DNA of 52,821 nt from Dimargaris cristalligena (Eukaryota). The stretch is from positions 1 to 52,821 of the forward strand of contig ML002270.1 in NCBI GenBank assembly GCA_003614675.1, read 5' to 3'. Below the pieces are notes generated by a model. The model was not told the origin of the DNA and made no database searches. It worked only from the letters and a program-made list of their open reading frames with translations. How positions within the stretch are numbered: the stretch's first letter is position 1; each line of letters starts with the position of its first letter. This document shows, one piece after another, positions 1 through 10,449 of the stretch. A program made the position numbers and the translations under genes.

Positions 1-165
1 CCTTCGGCCAGTTCTGATGACGTGACTCCACCGTCATCCAACCGCCCGGCTAAGTTTGAGAAACGGCGGCCCTCGTTGGACCTACCGCTTCCCGTGGCCA
101 CCATGCCGCTGAATGACACTGTGCCCAATGGGACGCATGTCACTCCCAAACCCGATAACGGAAAT
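1..165 (+). CDS. Internal fragment of a Pro/Ser-rich protein, open from the window edge; probably an inverted piece of coding sequence
   Basis: Frame 1 is open from nt 1 (PSASSDDVTPPSSNRPAKFEKRRPSLDLPLPVATMPLNDTVPNGTHVTPKPDNGN) and is C-rich like other sense-strand coding DNA here. After about nt 166 the same frame becomes G/W-rich and reads as the antisense of the minus-strand gene. Confidence 0.45.
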
Positions 166-687
166 CTAGGGGTTTGGTGGTTGGCGCTCGGGACTCCTTA
201 TGGAGGGCCGCTTGCGGGCTGGAATACGGGGAGGGGAGGCGATCGATGCCCGAGTGGACTGGAGCAAAGGGGAGCTCTCTCTCAATACCGAGGCCGGTGT
301 GGAGTGGGACGGGCGACTGGGTAGGTTAGAAGCCGGGGATTCGCTAGCAGGAGACCCCGATCGCTGGGTGGATGAACCAGGAGAGCGATTTTGAGAGGGC
401 CGGTGGGCTGGGGTCAACGACGGACTCGGGGAGGGGGCAGCCTCGGAAGGGCTGGCCTGACCCCCGGGAGTGACGGGCAGTTCTTTACCGGACACTACTG
501 GGGAGACCAGGTCGCCGTTGAGTAACTTGGAGGTGCGACTAGAAGGGCGCTTTTCGGACACCTTCTGTAGTTGCTGGATGATGACCCGTTGCTTCTCGAT
601 GATCTTCCATAGCTGTTCGTTCTGGGACTTGAGGGCATTGCGCTCGGTTAATAGCTGTTGAAAGCGGGGGTTTTGGGTTTCATCCAT
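166..687 (-). CDS. 5' part of a gene with an N-terminal coiled coil followed by a Ser/Pro-rich disordered region; possibly a Bem3-like PX-PH-RhoGAP N-terminus; apparently truncated
   Basis: ORF MDETQNPRFQQLLTERNALKSQNEQLWKIIEKQRVIIQQLQK has a heptad pattern and is followed by S/P-rich sequence. An acceptor-like CCTAG ends at 702, just upstream of the ATG. The RhoGAP assignment rests on recalled similarity of the 'ERNxLxxQNxQLWKIIEKQR' segment only; no catalytic domain is in the window. Confidence 0.6.
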   Translation of the reverse strand: MDETQNPRFQQLLTERNALKSQNEQLWKIIEKQRVIIQQLQKVSEKRPSSRTSKLLNGDLVSPVVSGKELPVTPGGQASPSEAAPSPSPSLTPAHRPSQNRSPGSSTQRSGSPASESPASNLPSRPSHSTPASVLRESSPLLQSTRASIASPPRIPARKRPSIRSPERQPPNP

Positions 688-1006
688 CGGAAAAGGCGGG
701 GCCTAGGACGGCAATAAGCGGGACTCGCCGATAAACGCAGGCAAGTGAACCGCTGTCGAGTCAACAACAAGGAAAGAGACGGGAAGATGTGCCCGGCACT
801 TGGTACTAAACAATGCGGAAGAGCTGAAGGCTTCACCAAAAAGAGCTGAAAAAATATCTAAATACTAAAGGGTTGCAGGGGCAATAAACAGTGGAAATAG
901 CGGCCACTCAATAGAACTGAGTGGTTGAAGCAAGTTAGGAGTGGAGTTGGAAGACGTCCAGCGCGGGAGGAAAGTATTTCAGAAAATAGATATGTATAGA
1001 AGGTAG

Positions 1007-1030
1007 GTAAGTAAGTAAGTAAGTAAGTAA
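1007..1030 (+). repeat. (GTAA)6 microsatellite
   Basis: Six perfect GTAA units read directly, upstream of the minus-strand gene starting at 687. Confidence 0.95.
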
Positions 1031-2393
1031 AGCAAAAGAAGTGCCACAGCCAATATGGAAGATGAGGAGGGTATAGAAGAGGGAAGGGATATTGAGCCGG
1101 CGGAGTAGTGGAGATTCCCCCCAAAGTTGGTTAGCTGGCGACCCTTAATAATGGAGTTGGTTATCTTTCATAAAGAAAAAGACAGCCTAAACTAAAAGGA
1201 ACCACGGTCACTAGTAAAGCAAGCCCCGGGGCAGTAGTGGCTGTATGCAGTCTGGCTCACTTGGCCACGGGAAAACGGAGCCGTCATCTATTTTGGACTC
1301 ACTGATACATTCCAAGTTAAAAATACTTTTTCGGCTTCGGCATTTATAACTCTGGCACGGCCACGCTATAATTGCAGTAGACCACGTACGACTCCTTCGC
1401 ATACCTGTCTATGAACGAGAGGTGGGTCAATGGCACAGCCGAAAAAGAGAGGAGGAGCCGCTGCATTCAGTATGCCGGTAGCCTGGCTGCAGAAGACTAC
1501 ATGTTAGTGACCAAGCCTGGTTGTAGAAACCCAACCCAAATATAGAAGCATGGCGGGCAGTATGCGTTTGGCTAAAGGCGCCTTCGCTCTTCGTTCTATA
1601 TTGGCCCCCAACAAGAGGGTCGGCGGCACCAGGGGAGGTGGTGGTGGTTTTGGTTAGTGCAGCCCATCCTGCTCGGCCTATCCCTTGTCTTAGGCTTTGA
1701 CATGGTCGGTCGGGTAGGCCTTTGCTAGGCCATACCTGCCCCCTCATTGGAGACTTCCGGGTCCACTGTACTGCCGAAAAGCCCTCACCCAAGAATTATC
1801 TAGCTATTTTGGGCCCACCATCCAAGAGGATCGCCCTCGCTAACCTGAAGATCCTTGGTTATCCACAGTATATCCGCACCATGTCTGTAATATTCAAGTT
1901 CGACTCATCCACTGAATACCCCCTACCAACGTCATTCGTCATCAACCGAGTTGATCCGTACTTCCTACTGGTCATATGTCTACAGGGAATGGCAGCAATT
2001 GGGCAGTACCCACTCGTTTACGAACTCAACGAGCGAGCTTAAATTAGCCGTTTATAATGGAAGGTGGTCCCTATGGCCAAATCCTCCTATACAGACAGAT
2101 TGGCATCACTTGTCCCAATGTATACTCTTATAATTACAGGCCTCTGGTAGGCCCGTGGCTAGAAAGCCGTTACCAATCTGCCCGATTAATGAAAAAGGGC
2201 AACTGGTATTGACCATAATTTAAATATAATAGTCCGCGGGATTTACACTATTGCCAAATATAATAGTAAAATAAATAAATGAAAAAAAAAAATCGCGGAC
2301 CAGAGGTAACTAGCCCGTTTAAGGCAACATTGCAGATGCCATGGCATCAAATCCCCCCATCACCTAAGCCACACATTGGCGTGTAATAATAAT

Positions 2394-4426
2394 TCAATTG
2401 CGTAGCGGGAGCCAGGCATTGAGTAAGATCTGGAATTTTTCGGGGCTGCGCACTGCAATGCGGAGGTGACTGGGCTGCTGGTAACCAGGCAGTCCGCTGC
2501 GAACGGGGACTCCCGCCTGCTTGGCCAACTGAATCGCCCGCTCGGCCACGATCATATCGCCGGTATCGATCCACACCCATGATAAAAACGGTTCGCCACT
2601 GGTTAGCCAATTGGGGAAATACTCCTGTAGGGCCGCTACAGTATGATGGCGCCAACGCGGCGTAAGGGTCCACGTGTCGTGCAGGTACGCCTCGTCTTTT
2701 ACCACTGCATGCAGGAACGCCAGAGCCACACAGTTAACCGACCAAGGCACTTGGATCTTCTTGAGCGCTTGACAGTGTTCTTCAGTGGGACAAACGATGG
2801 ATCCTAGACGGATGCCTGTGCACGACCACAGCTTGGTCCACGAGTGGATCACATAAACCGAAATACCCCGGCGGGCGTACAGATCAGCAACAAATTCGGT
2901 CTGGGAGGTCATGGAGTCCTCCCGGAACCCGGGCGAATGCCAGGGCTGCATTGACTCGTCTGGTGGTATTAACCGGTGTGGTTCGAGTCGAAAGATAGAA
3001 GCAGTACTCGTACAAGCGTTTGGTTAGTACAGCCAACTATCAGGGTAAGAATTTCACGAAACAGGACATCGCTAGTTCTAATTATTAATCATAATCAACT
3101 TACCAATAACGGCAAAACCGCCGTCTTGGACATTGGCCTCCACCCACTTTTTCAACTGATTCAGGGGTTTGTAGTCGCCCGTGGGGTTGCACGGGTTGAC
3201 AATGCAGGCAATGGCAGCGGGGCTGTCGTCATTGACCTTGAGTAGTGGTCGCCCGTTGGTCGAGGCGGATCGCTCATACTCTTTGTACTACGAATATATG
3301 CGTATTCAGAGGTATTGGGCATTTCGATTAAGGTTAGTGCTTGGCAATCGGGGATATTTGGGCGAGACAGTGATTAATAGCAACCCTACCAAGTCGATGG
3401 TCTCAAATGAAGCATACCTGTACAGAAAAGGGACCCGGTTTCCAGGGCCCGGCCGGGGCCTTGCGCACCACCAGATCGATCAGCTCACTGGCCCCATTGC
3501 CCAACAGCAAGCGATTGACGTTACGTTGGTAACTGTCGGGCCATAGAAAAGCAGCCAGAGACGACTTGGCGGGTTCTTGGTTAGCGGGCGGATAGTGATC
3601 GCAGAGGTCAACCTATCAGAGCAGCGTCAAATCAGCATAATTCCAGGGGGCGGGGGGTTAACAAAGCTGCCGGCAGGGCGGGAGGACTAGAGCGCCACCA
3701 CCTAATATACATTAGCCACTTGGTGTGGATATCGAGAAGATATATGGCCCGGCAATACTATCAATATGGAGCCCTTCCACATAGCACCACTACTACTTGC
3801 ATTCAAGTGATCGTGGCAGTTGGATGTGAATGGGGAGAGCACGCACCCAGCTAATACAACCTTTCCATTAGCCACGGGCACTTGGGAAATCCCAGGCCAA
3901 CAAGTCCCAAAGGAGGCTGTAAAAAAACCACGCCATTTTATCGGACCTAGGTAGCTTCCTCCCCCCACTTATCACGCCATTGGCCAAATCAAGGACCGGT
4001 CCACCCACTCGCCGGCACCCTTCCAACATGCATAGTTAAGGTGGGGGTTGCTACTTCCCCCACCGCCAATTCATATCAGAAATTCGGGTTTCGGACATTA
4101 CTAAAATATGAAGCACGGTCCGTAATGGATGAACGTAAATGCGTAGATATCGATGTAATAGAGAAAGCTGCGGCGATTCACTCATTAGACCCGTTCATCT
4201 AAACATATCACCCCGGTCTTCCATATCAGCAAGCGAAGCACTACGGCCGAAGATGGATATAACTTACCGCCTTGCGGCCGGCTTCCAGGGCGGTTCGCGG
4301 GGTCCCTAAACCGTTGGTGGTCACACTAAAGTCTTCCACGAAGTTGCTGAGAGTGGCCCAGTCCTGACCGCCGTGGAACTGCTGGGTCTTCTCGTCCCAG
4401 GCAGTTTGCGAGGCGTCGAAAGTCAT
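2394..4426 (-). CDS. PLP-dependent fold-type I enzyme (aminotransferase class I/II), CobD threonine-phosphate decarboxylase-like; 4 exons, about 367 aa
   Basis: Exons 4426-4268, 3612-3418, 3287-3104 and 2959-2394 join by GT-AG introns into one frame of 1104 nt. Motifs: FHGG, DFSVTTNGLGTP, HYP, GNGASELI, VNPCNPTG, IDESM, HSWTKLWSCTGIRLG (PLP lysine), PWSVN, LRIAVRS. Confidence 0.9.
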
Positions 4427-6111
4427 TCTGGTTTAAAATAGGCTCGAAAAAGGGCGGTGGCTGTTAAGAATTTTTGGGAGTGCGAGTCACAGTGAAACAC
4501 GCGAATGAGGTCTTAGGGGGGGTGACTTTAATGGGCGAAAGGTGGACAGAATTAGAAGGGTATAGGGGCTTAGGCGAATGACACAGGAACCAGAAGTCAA
4601 AGTAGAAAGGAATAAAGCTAGAGGACCAGGTTATTAAGTACTGGGGTACAGGAGGGCCCACCCCACCTCTTTTTATGCTAAGCGAAAGTCACAGCTCTGT
4701 AGGACTGGAGCTGAATCCAGCCGTCCCATGTGAATAGATAATATTAGGTTGGTTGAAGGTGTCTGAGTGCAGTTTTACTCTCAGATCAGTGCTAACCAAA
4801 AATACATGTCCCATGGTGGGCGTAATAATTACATCCCTTACCCTGGGCTTGACTAGATAGGCCCCACGTGTGTGCAAGCTGGGGCAACATGTTCAGAACC
4901 CTCTAACCCAGGAATAATGTAATGAGTGTATGGGGCGGTACATCGGACAAGGCGACCCCATCGGTCAATAGTACTTTTCATAATAATGGGAACCCTACGG
5001 AGAAAGGAAATTAATTCTCCTTGTTGATCGTTATCAATCCAACTAGTGGCATTTGGTGCTAGAATCTGGTGCTGTGGATGAAATAGTATGGTGGGGGACA
5101 TCGACCTTAAATTTCGCACTTATGCCTGATAGGCGAAAGGGGGTTTGGATTATACGCTAGGATAAGAGTACATGGGAGCAATGAAGAGCACCGCAATGCC
5201 TAGAAAACGGCCCGAATTTCAGGTGGTTTATCCATTAGACATGCCATAATTTTTATTTAAGAATGCACGTTTCCCAGAGAAAAAGGTATGCCCCTGAGTT
5301 TTAAAGCCCAAACCTAAACTATCAAAAGTCATAAAAAGGAAAGACTGTTCCACAACTGAGTGAGAGCCGGGCTGTTATAACTATGGGTTTACCAATGACT
5401 ATGTCTGCTACCACCCATTGGACCAGGGGTGGTTGGTTGTACGGTGACTTAATCGGCACCCTAAGGTGGGTCCACCACCACCACCATGGGAATAGGGAAC
5501 AATGGGTGTCGGGAAAAGGCTACTGTAGACGGGATGGGTGCAGTGGTCGCTTGAAAATGACTAGAAGGGACCGCACCGTAGACGCAGTGCATGTCGGCGT
5601 AGACTGGTGCGGCCTATATACACTAGAGGTCGCCTGGGTTTTGAAGCGGGTGGCGATATCACCGGGTTCGGCAGTGTTGAATATTGCATTAAAATGGCGG
5701 CATGGGTTATGGCGCGGTAGAGAAATACCAGTGGCGAGTTAGCTAGCCATCAAGGCACACCAAGGGAAAGTCGCCGCTATTTTCAGCGATTCTAGTGTTT
5801 CAGGGCCAAACGCATAATGCTTGCTAGCACCACCACTTTGATATGGGATACTCCCCCCCACCCACCCAGTCTGTGTGGCCTGCATACAGTCAAATGCCCC
5901 ATCAACCATCACCATGTTTATTATCCCTCCCCCCAACACCCCGGGCCATTCCCTTTCTCTTTTCCTCATCTCCTGCCTTACTTTTATTCATATGGACCAT
6001 TGTCCCCTGAAGTCCGCTAAACCGTTTCTCTCCGTTGCCTCCCCTATACTTTATATACCACCCCAATACTATTTACTGTCGCCCAGGTCCAACACCGTCT
6101 AGGTAGCCGCC

Positions 6112-9100
6112 ATGCTATACCAGGAATTCAAACTGTAAGTCTACCACTGCTGCTTCGACCACGGATGGTTCATTTATAGGTCTTTTTATTCAGGGGCAGG
6201 CCCACGGTGGTGCTCCGGTTCCACACGTCTATTCCAAGCCGGCGCACTCCGTGTCGTACCACACGACTAGTCCCCATGAAGCTGACATTCTACTCTGCTA
6301 ACTAAATTTACGGAAATACGGGCATTTATCCATTGCCAACCATCCAATTCCACCACTAGCCGCATTCGCAAGGATGTAATCATCGTCGAGCCGAGCATTC
6401 TCGGGGAAAAACCCATTTCCCTCGTCTTCCAGCGGTCGTCTGGTGATGTCTCGACAAGTAAGTTACTGAGTCCATACCATGCTGCCGGTCCAATACGAGG
6501 CTTTCGTATAAGGTCATCCGGTTCAAACCTATATCTCCAATTCGAGACTCCGACAACTGGCTTGTGTGTCAGTGTCTTCAATAGTCTATAATCAACCACA
6601 GCTGATTATCCTACGTAATTCCCAATACCGCCGTAATAGTTAATTTTAAATCCGTTTTTAACCATCATTCGCATCTAAACGGCATTCTATTTGACCCCCA
6701 CAGCTATCGACATCCCTGCCACCACCGGCCCCGAGGAAACCATGCCCATTTTTGGTATTCTCGGCACTATTCGGTTCTTGTCAGGTAGGTATCCTTGCAC
6801 CATTCATTGCACAACCGACTTTATCTCATTACTGGGGCCCGTATTATTTCCTCCACAAGAACGAATCAATTCCATAGTTTGGGAGTCCGCTAATCGATTG
6901 ATATATGGTGCCCCTTTTATTATTCCTAAATGACCCCCGCAATGTTTCCTATTTGTGTCGTTTCTTTGGCAGGAGATTACTTGGTTGTAATTACTGCACG
7001 AGAGAAAGTCGGTGAATTCAAAGGCCACCAGATTTACCACATCAAAGAAACCAAATCGATTGCCTTCAACGCCTCCATGGCCCACCTTGACGTCAATCAG
7101 GTAACTATCCGAGTATACATATTGGTAGTTACCACTGCCCCCGTGTCTTACCATACTCTAATCTGACCTAGCTATGGAGGCTATATTTCAACCCAAACAA
7201 TCGGCGGCCAACTAATTATAAATTCACTATACTCCACCTCCTCCATTAACGGATACCCGAACGTGTGCCCCTTTCCTTTGCCAGAAAACTGACGAAGTCA
7301 TTTACCTGGCCACCTTCAAGAATGCCATGGCTAATCAATTCATGTACTACTCGTACACCTATGATATGACCAATTCCATGCAGCGTCAACAAAACGCTGA
7401 TTTAAGCCTCCCGCTCTGGAAACGAGTAAGTGATCCATTTTCTGGCCCACTATCCTGTCACCCCTAGTTTGGTTGGGGGGATATAGAGTGGGTGTTCATC
7501 TTTGTTTGTATGGCACTGTTCTTTAGATTCCCACCTTCCCCATCCCAATAGACTGGGAGTCTTGGACTTAGACTAGGGATAAATTATTCAGCCATTGATG
7601 CAACTATATCCGCCGTGGCAATCCTGCAAAACGATTCCAGTTAACCAATCTCGTAGCCCTAGTATTCTAACCCTGGCCTACTTTTCGTATGTGAAACCCT
7701 ACTGCCGGCATTCCATCATGTGCCTTACCTGTTTCCCACCGTCTAGGCCGACGATCGCTTTCACTGGAACAGCTACCTGCAGTCCCATCTAGGCCAGGCC
7801 CTGCCAACCGATGTGGCCGACCGCTACCAGCTGCCGGTCATTCAGGGCTTTTTAGAGGTGCGTGAGTGTGCCATCAAGACCCACCGCTTCACCTATGTGC
7901 TACTTTCGCGTCGGAGTCGTTTCCGGGTGGGTACCCGTTACTTCTCCCGTGGTGCGGACGAGTTTGGCAATGTGTCCAACTTCGTTGAAACCGAACAGAT
8001 GGTCTTCTTTAGTGCCAAATCGGGCGAGTCGGCCGCCGATGTCACTAAAAATGGGTACTGGCAGTTCTCCCACGTTCAGACCCGTGGGTCCATCCCTATC
8101 TTCTGGGCGCAGGTGCCTAATATGAAGTACGTTCCTGTCCTCAAGCTCCCCACCAATGTGGACACCCTCAGCGCCTTCAAGAAGCACTTTGAGGCCCAAA
8201 CCGCCACCTATGGCGACCAGATTGTGGTCAACCTGGTAAATAAGAAGAAATACGAGGAACCAATGGGCCTGGCGTTCAACCGCTACACCCAACTCCTAGA
8301 CGACCCTCGCATCCACTACTTACACTTTGATTTCCACCAGGAATGCAGTAAAATGCGCTGGCACCGCATCAGTATCCTGATGGACAAAATCAAAGACCTA
8401 CTGGATGCCCAGTCCTATTACTCAGCCAAGGTTGTTGAAGGAAGCAAACCGGGTTCAGGCACAACTACCTGTGCCCACCGCCAAACCTCGGTGGTGCGCA
8501 CTAACTGTATGGACTGTCTGGATCGTACCAACGTTGTGCAATCCGTAGTGGCGCGCTTCGTATTGACCAAGCTGTTCCGCGAACTCAACGTCCTGGAGCC
8601 GCACGAAAATATCGACGACTTTGTGCCCTTGGAGACTATGCTACGTAACGTCTGGGCCGACCACGCCGACGCCATTAGTATCATGTACTCGGGCACGGGG
8701 GCCCTTAAGACGGATTTCACCCGCACAGGCCAACGCACCAAGGTGGGTGCCCTGAAGGACGGTGTCAACTCTCTGGTGCGCTACGTCAAAAACAACTACC
8801 TCGACGGTGCTCGTCAGGACGGCATCGACCTCATGTTGGGTAACTACGTCGTGCGCCCGTCAGGCCCCTCCCCTTTCCAGATGCGCTGGACCCTGGAGGC
8901 CAAGGTCCTGTTTGGATGCGCGGCCATTGCCCTCGCCATGCTCTTTGTGGGAACCGTCGTCCCCCGGGCCGATGGTTACTTTTCCCTGGCCCAGACTTAC
9001 TACGTTGTGACATGGTCGGCTGTTCTGGCGGCCTGCTTCTATCTTGGCATGAAGGAACATGCTTATGAATTCATCAACTGGCCGAAGCTGGTGGCCTACC

Positions 9101-9171
9101 CGTACCGCCCGACCTCTTTCCGACGGAGAGTGGTGCGCAAGGGAGGTGATAAGGCCAAGAAACAGCAATAG
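6112..9171 (+). CDS. SAC1: Phosphoinositide phosphatase Sac1; 6 exons, about 631 aa
   Basis: Exons 6112-6134, 6360-6457, 6704-6784, 6973-7100, 7285-7425 and 7747-9171 are all GT-AG and frame-consistent. Motifs: YYSYTYDMTNSMQ, RADDRFHWN, RVGTRYFSRG, NFVETEQ, RGSIPIFW, catalytic CX5R in RTNCMDCLDRTNVVQ, GTGALKTDFTRTG. Two C-terminal TM segments and a Lys-rich end (KAKKQQ). Confidence 0.97.
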
Positions 9172-10449
9172 ACAGAGGGACCGTTTCCTCTTGAACTGTT
9201 TTGTGGTCAGTTTCTGAAAGGATGCGATTAAACTAACCAATCATTCACCATTTAAGGGCCATTGCGCTTGCCTTATCCAACTCTCCACCACTGGGCTTTC
9301 CTATCCTGAATGCTTTTCTCTGCTCGCCTGAAACACTGCATTTTTTTTATCTTCCCGTCAAACTTAGTACTTTGGTGCCATAGTTTAATAGTGGTAAAAT
9401 GCATTTATAGCTGCCACTATTCGATTAACTTTCTATCATTGCTTATTATTAATCATGTTCCATGCCATGCTTCCTGATTTTTGAGTCATACGTTATTAGT
9501 CTAGCCGATGTGTTCTTCTTTCAGTGGCATTAGGAATCCCACCTGTTTTGCCTCAGCTACGTGCTACTACCAGTATACATAAATATCACATCGTGTCCCT
9601 TTCTCTCACCTATATATATACACACATATACATATAAATTGTCATTGCAATATTTGTGATTGGTGGAAGTATCTTGAAATAATGAATTGACTGATTTCGC
9701 GAGAGCCCTTTGGTACACTCGATGGCCCCCCGACTGAAGGGAATAGGGTCTTTCTCATTCTCAAATCTATTCATACATATAAATAATATCGGGACTATGT
9801 CCAAATAGATTATATTTGTATATTTTATTGTACTTTGAAGTAATAAATGCACATATAAATTAGCTTGGTTTTACGGTGAAGCAGCGGTGGTTATCATACA
9901 GGGCTAAATAGTGCAGGCGGATTCCGCATTGTGGTGTAGTTATCGAGTAGATACAGCAACACGAAGGTAGAGTAGGGGGGCTATTGGGCTTAAGCCACTG
10001 GCGACGGCATGGAGACGTAATTCTAATGACAACGGTGGTCTTTACAGAATTGGTAGAGGTGGATCGACGGGAGCGAGTTGCCCCTCGCACAGGCCAGTGT
10101 CGATTATAGGGAATATGCACCTTATCAAGGAGTTGGAGATAAAGGGTAATAATAAAGGCCGATAATATCTGAAGAAGCGCCACGCCCGGCTCACAGATCA
10201 TCAAGCCTCCCTCCTCCCTCTCTTGCTCACTCTATATAAAACTTGAGTGTTTCTCGAGTGTACTGAGTCGTGAGAAAACCAGACTGGTCGAGGGTATGTA
10301 TGGTTGAATCCGAATTGTCACGAAAAATGAGGTACTGGTATTAAAGGCACGCCACAGGTCTAATGCTAAGGGAGGGGGGGTCGACAACTACTAGAGATAG
10401 CCAGTACCCCACCACCACCCTCCAATCTCAATAGACAGCCGGCTGATTT

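Noticed and set aside
1..171. Programmed +1 frameshift at CCC-TAG extending the 687-166 ORF into the open frame RFPLSGLGVTCVPLG...
   Set aside because: The shifted frame is open, but its G/V/S/L-rich composition resembles the antisense shadow ORFs seen opposite real genes in this window. The plus strand reads as the natural protein, so an inversion explains the data better. Not formally excluded.
6789..6797. U12-type donor-like GTATCCTTG in SAC1 intron 3
   Set aside because: Using it adds 4 nt and breaks the frame with either nearby acceptor. The U2 donor GTAGGT at 6785 gives the conserved Sac1 sequence.
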